Below are positions 37,101 to 46,232 of a DNA stretch of 54,395 bases, in pieces (position 1 is the stretch's first letter; each line of letters opens with the position of its first letter). The stretch is from a virus. Its lineage: Duplodnaviria > Caudoviricetes. The position numbers were made by a program, and so were the translations under genes. Location of the stretch: positions 1-54,395 of IMG/VR virus record IMGVR_UViG_3300032006_000010. The stretch is one strand, 5' to 3'. The notes beneath the pieces were generated by a model. That model ran no database searches and was not told where the DNA came from. It saw nothing but the letters and a program-made list of their open reading frames with translations.

Positions 37101-39922
37101 ATTCTAAAAGTCCAACACCCATCATCTTCAGCATCATTAGTCCTAAAGCTAACATCTGCCGTACCACTTGTGCTTGTTCTGTCTATGCTTACTCTTGGAG
37201 AATGATTAGCTGACCTTACATGGAGAGGTTGAGATGGTGTATGCGTTCCACCTACTGCAACATTCCCAGCAAATGTGGCTGTCTTGTCAATAGCAAGATG
37301 TAATACATCTACTCCACCTGCTCTAAACTGAAGAGGTTCAACGGCTATACCTGCGGTAGCTGCATTATCTATCTCCCCAATATATAAAGCAGTGCCATCT
37401 CTATATATTAATCTTTGCGCACCCGTATCCAAAACATTGCCAGATGATGGCAATACAACCTTACCGGCAAATGTGGCATTACCATCTATATCGACTAAGA
37501 AATTATCTGTGAATCCTCCTGAACTACCATAACCTTCTGCTTTAATTAAATATCTACCTGTTTGTCCAGCATCATTGCTTTTACATTTTATATGAAGTCC
37601 TTGAGCAGTTCCATTATCATTATAAAAATATCCAGTAAAAGCACCTGAATCTTTTATAACTTGAAGTGCTGTTGTATTAGCACTCATATTAAACTCTGCT
37701 ATTGCGGTTGCAAAATCCGAATCACCTATTTTTAAATTGTTCATGTTTTGCCCGAACCCAAGCCAAGCGGATGCACCTGATGACCTTGTACCAATATTAA
37801 ATTTAGTATTCGTTCCAAACCTTATATCCCCATTAACTGTCAATACATCACTAGAAGCATTACCAAGAGTAGTATTTCCATTTACTTGGAGAGCAGAGTA
37901 TAATGTAGCATCGCCTTCAATTCCGACATCCCCAGCAAATGTAGCGTTTCCTCCATCTGCAATAACCAACTGTGAAGCAACTCCCTCTTCATTGATAAAG
38001 AAACGATTATTACTTGCATCATAACCCATTGCCCATTGGTCTGAACCGCCCTCTTTAAAAAGCATCGTTGAATAAGTTGTACCATCTACAGAAATTTTTG
38101 CTTCACCACTACTTTTCTTAACGTGTAATAGTTCAGCTGGACTCGATGTACCTATACCGACATTGCCACTTTGGTCAATGACCATATTTTGATTTAAATC
38201 ACCATCAGATGCTCTCGTCCAAAATCCCATTTCACTAACATAATTAGCATTTGTAGATTTTCTTACAGTAATCCTGCCTACACCTGCATTTGTGGTGGTG
38301 CTTGCCTGTTGCCCAGCATAAAAGAATAAACTTGCAAAACTCCCTACTTCATTGTTCGCACTATTGTGAATTACCAATTCGCCATCAGTATATGGCGCAT
38401 AAGAATTTAGATTACTAACATCGTTTGAAGTCCCTAACGTAGCACTACGAGTAAATTTTACAGTAGCATTTTTATTAAATGTAGCTTCCTGATTATATGT
38501 TGTACCACCATCTGCGATGACGATAGCATCGTCATCTCCGTCTGTTCCTAAATAAAGATTACCAGTAGATTTTACAGTACCATTAGCTGTGTCAAGTGTA
38601 ACATTCCCAGCGAAGGTAGCGTTACCTGAAGTGGGTGCTAATTTTAATTGACCACCAGAACTACCTAATCCATCTCCATAATTAAAAACAAGAGCATTAT
38701 CAGTATTATCCCTTCCAATAGACCAGCGAACTGATGATGCATTTTTAAATTGTAGATAACCATCTCCACCTCCTGAATCTATTGTTATATTTCCACCAGA
38801 AGGTTTGTCAATAAGTATATCACCAGCAAATGTAATGCTTCCATCGTGGTCAAAAATATGCTGTTTTCCACCATCGCTTAATTCAAATATTATGTCATCT
38901 CCAGCACTAGAACCTTCGTGTTTTAATCTTAAACTGCCACCCGTACTTTTTAGAATATATTGATTACCCGATTTAGTGAAACTGTGATTTCCTGCACTCT
39001 GTGTAATATTTCCAGTAAATGCGGCGATTTGACCATTTATTTCTTGTATAGTTGCAACACCAGTAACCTCTAAATCTCCATCTGTTTCAATGTTAGAAGC
39101 AAACACATCACCATCTACATTAAGTTCATACTGTGCGCTTTGTGTCGAAGATGCCCCAATATTTAATCTAGAAATACCAGATACTGAGCCCTCATGATTA
39201 GTGGTTGACTGAGGCAAGAAGTCAGATGTCCAACGAGCAATGCCTTTAGAAATACGAAATTCATCAAGATAACCTTTTAAATAATTTATATTATTATCAT
39301 CACCAATTTTCAAATCATTAGCAGTGGCTGTAATTGCACAAACTGCTGCACCTGAATTTATACGTACACCATTCTTGAAAGCATAAGCCTTGTCATTATC
39401 CGCATCAAATACTAATGCTATATGTTGCCATACATTATCTGAGAGGCTAACCCCGGTCTCCCATTCAGAACCAGCAGAAGCTACATTTACCCCACCCCAA
39501 AAAAGATTACCTGTGCTTTGTTGATAGTATAAATAATGGTCACCAGCATTTGCTGAATTATCACCAGTTCCCCAAGAAGAAAATATAGTAGGATTACCAG
39601 AAGAAGCAGTAGGATAAATCCAAAAATCTACAGTAAAATTATCACTATTTGTAAAATTATGCTCTGCACTATCTGGGATAGTTAGAAAGTCGCCAGAACC
39701 ATCAAAATAAATAGAGGTTTTACCAAAACGTTTTTTATCTGTTTCATGGTGAACATTACCTGTAGGGGTAATAGTATGCTCAGAAGGACTGGAATCAGTA
39801 AAAGTAGTGCTACCATCATCAGTATCTGAGTGGATTAATATCTTGGTAAAAGAATCTGGAAGTATCCCACCACCACCAGCAGCTGAATCGCCCTCCATCA
39901 GTATTTTTTTCCAAGTAGCCAT
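34112..39922 (-). CDS. Long tail fibre: N-terminal LamG, ATFAG/GNVGIG repeat shaft, C-terminal peptidase S74 intramolecular chaperone
   Basis: SIYFDGSGD...GYLDEFRISKG; many GNATFAG repeats; YSDIRLKENI...GVLADELE...LIEAIKEL. Confidence 0.9.
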   Translation of the reverse strand: MATWKKILMEGDSAAGGGGILPDSFTKILIHSDTDDGSTTFTDSSPSEHTITPTGNVHHETDKKRFGKTSIYFDGSGDFLTIPDSAEHNFTNSDNFTVDFWIYPTASSGNPTIFSSWGTGDNSANAGDHYLYYQQSTGNLFWGGVNVASAGSEWETGVSLSDNVWQHIALVFDADNDKAYAFKNGVRINSGAAVCAITATANDLKIGDDNNINYLKGYLDEFRISKGIARWTSDFLPQSTTNHEGSVSGISRLNIGASSTQSAQYELNVDGDVFASNIETDGDLEVTGVATIQEINGQIAAFTGNITQSAGNHSFTKSGNQYILKSTGGSLRLKHEGSSAGDDIIFELSDGGKQHIFDHDGSITFAGDILIDKPSGGNITIDSGGGDGYLQFKNASSVRWSIGRDNTDNALVFNYGDGLGSSGGQLKLAPTSGNATFAGNVTLDTANGTVKSTGNLYLGTDGDDDAIVIADGGTTYNQEATFNKNATVKFTRSATLGTSNDVSNLNSYAPYTDGELVIHNSANNEVGSFASLFFYAGQQASTTTNAGVGRITVRKSTNANYVSEMGFWTRASDGDLNQNMVIDQSGNVGIGTSSPAELLHVKKSSGEAKISVDGTTYSTMLFKEGGSDQWAMGYDASNNRFFINEEGVASQLVIADGGNATFAGDVGIEGDATLYSALQVNGNTTLGNASSDVLTVNGDIRFGTNTKFNIGTRSSGASAWLGFGQNMNNLKIGDSDFATAIAEFNMSANTTALQVIKDSGAFTGYFYNDNGTAQGLHIKCKSNDAGQTGRYLIKAEGYGSSGGFTDNFLVDIDGNATFAGKVVLPSSGNVLDTGAQRLIYRDGTALYIGEIDNAATAGIAVEPLQFRAGGVDVLHLAIDKTATFAGNVAVGGTHTPSQPLHVRSANHSPRVSIDRTSTSGTADVSFRTNDAEDDGCWTFRMNPDGATTTTPSIALERWTSTDARVVEFNNDLSTAFFGDVNISATEGTLKIANTNGTVTTWRMTAWDAGKFYISDDNGSTKLFTLTASDNSAAFTGDVYSSTGFRTAGYIKMNNAQALQAEDSGGTQRELLKLSSGNVLQIAPANHAVTFGTGTATFAGDISVSGGNVDINSSALNAVGDLGDADDYAIVIRQPYTTGQGTGIAFANDGADHIGGAIVHIDRGSNNLGDLAFYTKSGSTGAPSLALTLDSSQNATFTGRVDIGNHGLSGVTWQAVIKKSSFDESVANSASLNVRSGNAVGGAGAISIGGNDNQGIWSKTVSHDHYLNLTGYSAINFYTDKTNDDKLGTKTLALTLDDSQNATFAGQVRINTASAPQLRVSHTNGTSYMDIHHYYVAVWANNEFIIKTSASGDPDESMRVTPDGKVGIGTTSPQTELTVKTATNRNISFAGGGDIATGVCIMGTNDANSANIPLEFRGSVNCFTTGNVGIGITAPEGLLSFDASDSNTPKIRFQNAAGVTGDAALSTYEDASGTSLLIGSNLITGSGGAIARFNTGEESCGIQFNRTGAIQFMTGGTGATATVTTTFDSAGNANFTGNVDVTGNLSSSDNIWVDQGKSIYYDGGSNTYINSASADHLNFWTGGNNVFTLGDNATFTGNVAVNGSTLAEPLCVVGTFRQQKNAGDSLQSLAIWHQGGDTGRSDFFSYGVDSSTKGAFAFYGTSGTGTGDTKYLELDTSGNATFGGKIALGGGSPSLTNQLMHIKGASGTDKYAAMIENTSSDGFGVYIHAASGTRSALHIRDYSVGTDLFSVKGNGDTTIAGDIVTQGDMVHLGSTDADFRIVFSSKGGVYGGGSASSNAFHNIRGTGSNIIFNTGGASDTFIYEYNGNGAKQTFNSDGSATFAGDVTAYSDIRLKENINTIDSALDKVVKMRGVTFDRIKDGKSGAGVLADELESIAPELVHDGEYKSVSYGNLTSYLIEAIKELKQEVEVLRGAAS

Positions 39923-40071
39923 TACTTAGCGTTTTCCTTTTCTACCTGCTTTGAGAAATAATTACCAACTTTCTTTAGGATACTAGAGACCATAGGAGCG
40001 TCCTTTCCTTTTATAGTAATATTTTCAAGCGCCTGTAATATTACAGCAATCTCATCACTCGTCAGTCTCAC
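39922..40071 (-). CDS. Small fibre-associated protein (49 aa, MRLTSDEIAVILQALENITIKGKD...), not in ORF track
   Basis: GTG start after GGGAG; TAATG overlap with the fibre gene; resembles the 40055-40252 product. Confidence 0.55.
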   Translation of the reverse strand: MRLTSDEIAVILQALENITIKGKDAPMVSSILKKVGNYFSKQVEKENAK

Positions 40072-40252
40072 CTAAGTACTCCCTATGAATATTTGCAAGT
40101 TTATCCATCACAGTACTGGCTATTTGCAATTCAGAGCCATCAAAAGTGCTCCGTAAAATAAGTTTTAGTAAAAAATCAGTATCTTTTACACCAAGTCTAA
40201 TTGTTTTTTGTAACGCCTGACTTTGCCCCGACTGAGCTAATACTTTGCTCAT
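40055..40252 (-). CDS. Small fibre-associated protein
   Basis: TAATG coupling with the upstream gene. Confidence 0.55.
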   Translation of the reverse strand: MSKVLAQSGQSQALQKTIRLGVKDTDFLLKLILRSTFDGSELQIASTVMDKLANIHREYLGETDE

Positions 40253-41424
40253 TAGTAGACTCTAATATAAAGAGCATCATCATTAGTATTGTAACAGAAA
40301 GAACCCGGACCTTGAGAATTACCATTAGGCGCACCAGCGTCAGACTTAAAATCCATGATAGCTATTGGAGAAGAAGCCGCATTAGATGTCCTAGCGTTTT
40401 TTAATCCCCAACCAGTAAGACCATCAGCAGCACCAGAGCCATCTCCATTACCACCTCCTTGGGCTTTGGTCCATTTTATAGAGGGATAATTAGCTACAGT
40501 CGAAGTATGCTCTACCTCTATTCCGGCACCATCAGCAGTATCAACTGTAGGAGATGCTACATTCGCAATTTTTATTACTGCATCCTGTACATCTAAATTA
40601 GTAGTATTGATAGTTGTAGTCGTACCAGTAACAGTTAAATCTGCTATAGTAGCCGTTCCAGCGACATCTAAATCACCACTCATAGTAACCTTTTCGGCAT
40701 CAGTTTGAGTATCGAATACAAGCAAACCAGCTTTACCAGCAGTATCAAAAGACAGGGCAGTAGCACTATTATCATCCAAATCCCAATCTATTGAATCTAG
40801 AGTAGTGTTCACATCTGACCTGAGTTTCACACCTGACGCAGTACCTTGAAATAGTACTTCGCCAGCATCTATAGTTATTGACCCTCCAGTTGCATTACCA
40901 ATTAGAGTTATTAAATCCATTTGGCTGTTTTCAGTGCCACTGCTAGTGCCACTTTGGTTTGATACTCCAATATTCAATCTCCCGGGCACAGCATTACCAG
41001 TACTGGCACCACCATAAATATTTGTAGTTTGACCAGCTACGTTAGTGCCTACTGGAGTGCGAGGCTTCATAGTTAGTGGTTTTCCTATTGTAGTGGTTAG
41101 GTTACCAGTATCTAAATCAACGTCACCCCTCATAATAGTCTTTCTTCCAGCATTACTAGTCTGGTCCGTATGACCAATAAGTATCTCAGAGCCGGTTAGG
41201 TTAGCTAATCTATCAAGACCGTTCTGGTTAGAAATCTCGATAGTTACCGCAGCATCTGCGTGTGTAATTGACGAATAAGTACCCTCTGTTAATCTAGCGG
41301 GTTCATATCTATCTTGGTCGTTATTATAGATAAGAAGTTGCCCAGATGCATCACCATCTGCATGGACATCAGCAAGTTTGCTAATCTTGTCCTGTTCGCT
41401 TATTATCTGTTTCCAAGTTGCCAT
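40252..41424 (-). CDS. Second tail fibre / spike-like protein
   Basis: LTVTGTTTTINTTNLDVQD fibre motif; MATWK N-terminus shared with the long fibre; SD AAGGAG. Confidence 0.7.
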   Translation of the reverse strand: MATWKQIISEQDKISKLADVHADGDASGQLLIYNNDQDRYEPARLTEGTYSSITHADAAVTIEISNQNGLDRLANLTGSEILIGHTDQTSNAGRKTIMRGDVDLDTGNLTTTIGKPLTMKPRTPVGTNVAGQTTNIYGGASTGNAVPGRLNIGVSNQSGTSSGTENSQMDLITLIGNATGGSITIDAGEVLFQGTASGVKLRSDVNTTLDSIDWDLDDNSATALSFDTAGKAGLLVFDTQTDAEKVTMSGDLDVAGTATIADLTVTGTTTTINTTNLDVQDAVIKIANVASPTVDTADGAGIEVEHTSTVANYPSIKWTKAQGGGNGDGSGAADGLTGWGLKNARTSNAASSPIAIMDFKSDAGAPNGNSQGPGSFCYNTNDDALYIRVY

Positions 41425-41439
41425 ACTATTTCTCCTTTA

Positions 41440-41802
41440 TTAAATGGCTACATAAAGACTTCCGTTTATCATCGAGATATCACCAACACTTGGCGAACTC
41501 GGCTCGGAAGACTTATCAGCGAGATTTAGTGTACCCGCTACCGTTACAGTTAAATCTCCAGCAACCTGAAGACTATTTTTTCCTATCCATAATGGGCTGC
41601 CTACGCCATCCCCATCGAATACTCTTTTGACACTTTCAGTGAGACCCTCATTAACCGTCCCACCTACTACTGTCAGTAAATCTTTTTGTATTACATCAAC
41701 GGTCCCATCGTCTCTTTTAAACTTCCCTGAGACATCATCGTAAAAAACCAGTTTAGTATAAACGTCTTTTACCTTATTCGGACCTGAAAGTGAACCTGCC
41801 AT
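41440..41802 (-). CDS. Putative tail/fibre docking structural protein
   Basis: DGDG..SPL motif; position between neck and fibre genes. Confidence 0.55.
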   Translation of the reverse strand: MAGSLSGPNKVKDVYTKLVFYDDVSGKFKRDDGTVDVIQKDLLTVVGGTVNEGLTESVKRVFDGDGVGSPLWIGKNSLQVAGDLTVTVAGTLNLADKSSEPSSPSVGDISMINGSLYVAI

Positions 41803-42080
41803 TATTGTACCCTCGTGTAAGTTGGTGCTACCGTATTAATCTTTGTCATAACCGATGCTACTGGCTTATCAATCCTTGTAACTGTTGATATTGCTGGCTT
41901 TGAGACTCTTAAGTACGCCCCGGATGAGATATCATCGAATGATATATTTATCTGGTCAAAGGAAAAAGAGATAGCATTAAAAAATCTATTTCCAATTCCA
42001 GCAAATGAGTTCACATCATCAGAAAGTGTACTGAATGATGGTGAAGCTACTGAAAGCCTAGTAAAAGTTGTAGCTGCCAT
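41802..42080 (-). CDS. Hypothetical structural protein
   Basis: TAATG-coupled at both ends. Confidence 0.55.
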   Translation of the reverse strand: MAATTFTRLSVASPSFSTLSDDVNSFAGIGNRFFNAISFSFDQINISFDDISSGAYLRVSKPAISTVTRIDKPVASVMTKINTVAPTYTRVQ

Positions 42081-42547
42081 TAAAACTCCATTGGTTTAGA
42101 CATTATCTGTGAACCATCTCTCCCTCTGGATGAATATCTCTTCGCATCCCTGAGCGACATATCATATTTTGCATCAAAGTACTGAGCTAATTTAATAGTT
42201 TCTACTGACTTTTCATAACCCCTTGCTATTGCCCTATTTATAATAGCTTCGTGAAACTGAGCCGGAATTTCAGCGACCTGATTATCAAAATCGGCAACCG
42301 CTAATTGAACGCTACTATCTAGGTTTACACCGAGATAAACATCATTAGCTTCAAAACCATCTCTTTCAGGTGTTTCACCCGGCATGAGAAACTTATCAGG
42401 ACGCTGTATATAAAATATGGTAACCTTTGTTCCAGCAACACTTGGTGATGTAAATAAATCTGTATCAGCGCTGTAATAACCAAGATGTAAAGCATCTCTT
42501 TCCAGCCACCAAAGCCACTGACTAATATTTAAACTCTGTCGTTCCAT
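42080..42547 (-). CDS. Head-tail adaptor-like protein (C-terminal half)
   Basis: EIPAQFHEAII..AIA.GY pattern seen in podoviral adaptors. Confidence 0.55.
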   Translation of the reverse strand: MERQSLNISQWLWWLERDALHLGYYSADTDLFTSPSVAGTKVTIFYIQRPDKFLMPGETPERDGFEANDVYLGVNLDSSVQLAVADFDNQVAEIPAQFHEAIINRAIARGYEKSVETIKLAQYFDAKYDMSLRDAKRYSSRGRDGSQIMSKPMEF

Positions 42548-42810
42548 TAGGTTAAATCTCTTTTCTTAGGTCTTCCAATAAGTTTCTTTATCTGAGAACC
42601 ATCGTAATCAACATGCTTTATCTTAATGATATGGTCCTTTAACTGATAGACTCTCTGGTCCACTACAGTATCAAATTGGTCAGCAGATTCGATAAGCTCT
42701 GCATGAAACCCCATATCATTCATTGCATCATTCAAAGCATGCACTATCTCGGTCAAACCCATCTCTGGATGATGCTGACGAACTCTCTCAACCATCTCTT
42801 TTAACTTCAT
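42547..42810 (-). CDS. Head-tail adaptor-like protein (N-terminal half)
   Basis: MKLKEMVERVR...LNDA...TVVDQRVYQL pattern. Confidence 0.55.
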   Translation of the reverse strand: MKLKEMVERVRQHHPEMGLTEIVHALNDAMNDMGFHAELIESADQFDTVVDQRVYQLKDHIIKIKHVDYDGSQIKKLIGRPKKRDLT

Positions 42811-43787
42811 ACTCTTGTCGCCTTCTGTGTATCATCAACATAATTACCAACATGTGCTTGTAAAAACTTTTTCATATCTTTCTCAACACTAGCCAACTGC
42901 TGTCCGAGCAATTGAAACTCCTGCATCAACTTAGCAAGTGTCTTATCATCAACTGTCATATCTTTCTGATGCTCGGCTATATACAACTGAGCCCTAGACA
43001 GTTCCTGTTGTGCGGTCTGAAGATTTGCTGTTACCATCTCATTGTCTTCATCTACTAACCAGTAAACAGCGCTAAGAGCATCATTAGAACCTTCTGATAG
43101 GGTTCCAACTATCAGTTTCCTTGCATTTTCTACAGCAACACCAAAAGCTGACGAATCAAAATCAGCGGCAGCATAATCTGGGAGACTAGCACGAATTGCG
43201 TTTAACTTCTCCTGTAAAATAGCCCTAGCCGCTGCCATTACTACATAATCTTTCCATACTAGTGGGAAAGCCTCTGAAGCTGCAGTAGTCGCACCTCCAA
43301 GAGTAAGTGCAGCATCTGTTATTGTCTCCGCATCCTCATCTATTACCTTACCACTTGAATTTACTACATGAAAAATATTTACCCTTCTTTTAGAATCATC
43401 AGAAGATGGTAGGTCAGGGTAGACCTCTAAATTTGATTCCATATCAACAGAATAAGATGGAGACAGCTCTGTTGCATAATGTATACTGCCAGAATCCTGT
43501 GCATCATGCCGTATTTCCTCTGGAACCTGAACTACTCTATAGGTTCTTTCTGTACTTGCAATTCTTTCAATTCTTATTATTTCAAAAACATGTTTTGCCC
43601 TGATATTAAGCGGAGATACATTCATCTGGGTAATACATGTATGCTTACGTGAAAACTCAGGTAGTTTTTCAGGCGCCATCTGACGAACTAATCCAAGAAC
43701 CTCATCTACTGCCTTTTTCAAGGCTATACCAAGATTCTCAGAACCTATAGTTCCGCAGTAGGTTACCATTTTATTACTAAATGCCAT
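42807..43787 (-). CDS. Putative neck/adaptor protein with coiled coil
   Basis: First gene after the capsid gene; LEVYP and FP...YVVMAAA motifs. Confidence 0.55.
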   Translation of the reverse strand: MAFSNKMVTYCGTIGSENLGIALKKAVDEVLGLVRQMAPEKLPEFSRKHTCITQMNVSPLNIRAKHVFEIIRIERIASTERTYRVVQVPEEIRHDAQDSGSIHYATELSPSYSVDMESNLEVYPDLPSSDDSKRRVNIFHVVNSSGKVIDEDAETITDAALTLGGATTAASEAFPLVWKDYVVMAAARAILQEKLNAIRASLPDYAAADFDSSAFGVAVENARKLIVGTLSEGSNDALSAVYWLVDEDNEMVTANLQTAQQELSRAQLYIAEHQKDMTVDDKTLAKLMQEFQLLGQQLASVEKDMKKFLQAHVGNYVDDTQKATRV

Positions 43788-43800
43788 ATTTTCTCCCGAA

Positions 43801-43825
43801 TTAGGGGCTCAAAAAGAGCCCCTAA
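43801..43825 (-). terminator. Hairpin after the major capsid gene (weak terminator or mRNA stabiliser)
   Basis: TTAGGGGCTC / GAGCCCCTAA perfect 10-bp stem; poor U-tract on the - strand. Confidence 0.6.
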
Positions 43826-43837
43826 AACATTAGGTAT

Positions 43838-45178
43838 TTACGCAACCCATTTCATAATAGCGTGAGTTTCTGGTAGACTGATTTCCAAACCGGCTTCGGT
43901 TAGAATCATATCTTTCCGTCCATCAACATTATTATTCTGCACATTTGTTACAATATGCGTGTCACGTGAGACACCATTCCCAGCGAGAGGACGATACTTA
44001 ACATTAGCTAAATCAATAGCCATTGCTATATCTTCATCCTGTCCCCGAAACAGAGGTTCAGCAACAAAGTGAAGGTTACCAAAAATGGTATTAACTCTAG
44101 TCACTGCGTGACCAAAGGAACCTTTTATGTTTTGAACATCTAGCTTATATGAAGAAGAAGTGACGGAGTTCTTTAATAGACCATCTCCACTTAACTTCTG
44201 CAACCAAGCCAAAATCTTGCGTGAAGCAAGTACTAGCTTGTCGCCACTGTTTCCGGATTCAGGTGCAAAGAAGTCCTTCATTGCATCGATAAAAGTGTCA
44301 TAGGTTGAGGATGAATAGTCAAAATTCATTATTGTACCATTCGCCTCAGTGTAGGGTACTATACCATGAGAGTACCGTAAGGGTGCATTGTCAGTAGCAG
44401 CATCATCGGAAGCACCAACACCAAACAACATAGCGTGTTCAATGTCCATTTTGTGTTCCATGAGCTTATCTGCCCACACTCTACGATATTCATCAGGGCG
44501 CCCACGATAGCGGGTTGCCAGAGCTGTACCAGAGAATAACTGGATTGCTGTCTTAAATATCTGACAGTATCCTTCTCTTGAATACAGTTCGTCTTTCCAG
44601 CCTTCTGGGTCAGTTCCACCTTCACCCCATGCACTACCGATAACCTGACCTTGAGTACCTACTTCTACATCACCCTCTGCAACAGCTTCTAGAGCTGTAC
44701 AAACGATTGAAGTATAAGTAGCAGCAGTAGAACCATTAAAAGCAGCAGCAACACCATCGCCTGCTGTGACAGAAGTAATTCTAAGGGCTTTTTGCCCTAT
44801 CCTTACTACTTGTCCAACAAGTAAGTATTGCGGTGCAGCTGTATCTGTTCCACCACCTGCGGTCAAGTCATTACCATATTTGTCATAATCACTTACGACT
44901 TTATATGTTTCACTTTCTCCGGCAGCTTTTGCGCCTCCATCTGTCTTAGAAATAAAGTTACGACGTTGCCATTGATGACGTTGTTCAAGAAACTTGAATA
45001 CGGGGTCATCAGTAGCTTCTTTCGCTACTTTAGATAGATAGACGAAGAACGGCGATTGCTGAGGAGCCAGTTCAGAGACTCTTTCACCAAAATTATAAAC
45101 TCGACGGGAGTCGTTGATGCTTACAGAGGCTAAAGAGCCTGCTGCATCACCTGTGCTTACTGACCAACTATTAGCCAT
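43838..45178 (-). CDS. Major capsid protein (SU10/DUF5309-like HK97 fold)
   Basis: YCQIFKT, KLMEHKMDIEHAMLFG, ILTEAGLE...PETHA; follows the scaffold gene; SD GGAG. Confidence 0.88.
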   Translation of the reverse strand: MANSWSVSTGDAAGSLASVSINDSRRVYNFGERVSELAPQQSPFFVYLSKVAKEATDDPVFKFLEQRHQWQRRNFISKTDGGAKAAGESETYKVVSDYDKYGNDLTAGGGTDTAAPQYLLVGQVVRIGQKALRITSVTAGDGVAAAFNGSTAATYTSIVCTALEAVAEGDVEVGTQGQVIGSAWGEGGTDPEGWKDELYSREGYCQIFKTAIQLFSGTALATRYRGRPDEYRRVWADKLMEHKMDIEHAMLFGVGASDDAATDNAPLRYSHGIVPYTEANGTIMNFDYSSSTYDTFIDAMKDFFAPESGNSGDKLVLASRKILAWLQKLSGDGLLKNSVTSSSYKLDVQNIKGSFGHAVTRVNTIFGNLHFVAEPLFRGQDEDIAMAIDLANVKYRPLAGNGVSRDTHIVTNVQNNNVDGRKDMILTEAGLEISLPETHAIMKWVA

Positions 45179-45201
45179 AGCGTTTTACTCCTTTCCTCAG
45201 A

Positions 45202-46200
45202 TTAACTCCAAGGATTTCGTTTTTTATAATCGTTCAACATTGAATCCATCATGGAAGTTGATTCATCTGTAGCGCCAGCTTGCGTCTGACCGGGAACTAC
45301 GCCCATAGGGCTTGGGACCGATTGTGCTCTTTTTCGTTGCTCAAAACTCTCATTAGAGGGCGTTTGAGCAGCTACTGGAGGTGCATTAGTCGGACTCATG
45401 TTCCCGCCATTCTGCATTCTGTACAGTTGAAACAAATTGTCCACAGTAATATTCTCCGGATTATCCATTACCTCAACGAATTTCTGAATTTCTTCAGGCG
45501 TAGCCTGATATTGTTCAGTTAGATGAGTAGACATCTTTTGCATATTACTATTATATGCTTCCCTTTCCGCCTGTTGCTTTAGAATAGAATCACGTTCCTT
45601 CTTCAATTTGCCTTTTTCCTCTTCCATCACTGCAACGGTATATTGAGAATGCAGACGATTATACTCGTCCATATTGTCTCTCCATTCGTCCATTGAATCC
45701 AAGTATTTAGCTGAATCAGAACTATTATCATCATAAGCATCTGCCCTATTGAAACCCGAAGGTTTCTTAGGTTTTTCTGGCGGGGGAGGAAACTGTTCCA
45801 TTGCGGATTCCTCTTTTTCCGTCACCTGAGGCTGTTGTGCCTGTTGAGTTTCGACTGTATTAAGCTTATCCTTAAGAGCCGCTATCTCATTACGAGCCTT
45901 ATCAGTCTCAGATTGCCAGTATTGATAACGCTTGATATCATTATCAACATCAGTAGGTTCTGCCGTTGCTTGCTGAGGTACTTCATCCACGGGTTCCATA
46001 GGAACTGGTGAAGGTTCAGCCGACACAGGTTGCTCTTGAGCTTCCTTGTTGACACGGAAAAATTCATCTACCAAACCAGAGTTTCCTTCCAATAGTGGGT
46101 CGACTTGCGACTCACTCTCAGGTATCATTCCTACTGGTTCATTAACTTGCGGTTGTTCTGTGATTTCCTGAACTTCAGGGGTAACCAAAGGTTCTGCCAT
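45202..46200 (-). CDS. Capsid scaffolding protein
   Basis: Acidic, Pro/Gln-rich, coiled coil, YWQSETDK; between portal and capsid genes. Confidence 0.75.
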   Translation of the reverse strand: MAEPLVTPEVQEITEQPQVNEPVGMIPESESQVDPLLEGNSGLVDEFFRVNKEAQEQPVSAEPSPVPMEPVDEVPQQATAEPTDVDNDIKRYQYWQSETDKARNEIAALKDKLNTVETQQAQQPQVTEKEESAMEQFPPPPEKPKKPSGFNRADAYDDNSSDSAKYLDSMDEWRDNMDEYNRLHSQYTVAVMEEEKGKLKKERDSILKQQAEREAYNSNMQKMSTHLTEQYQATPEEIQKFVEVMDNPENITVDNLFQLYRMQNGGNMSPTNAPPVAAQTPSNESFEQRKRAQSVPSPMGVVPGQTQAGATDESTSMMDSMLNDYKKRNPWS

Positions 46201-46232
46201 AAGTTATAACTCCTTATTCATGCAAGCACCCA

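Noticed and set aside
34112-39922. Diversity-generating retroelement or invertase shufflon acting on the fibre
   Set aside because: No reverse transcriptase, no TR/VR pair differing at adenines and no recombinase recognised.
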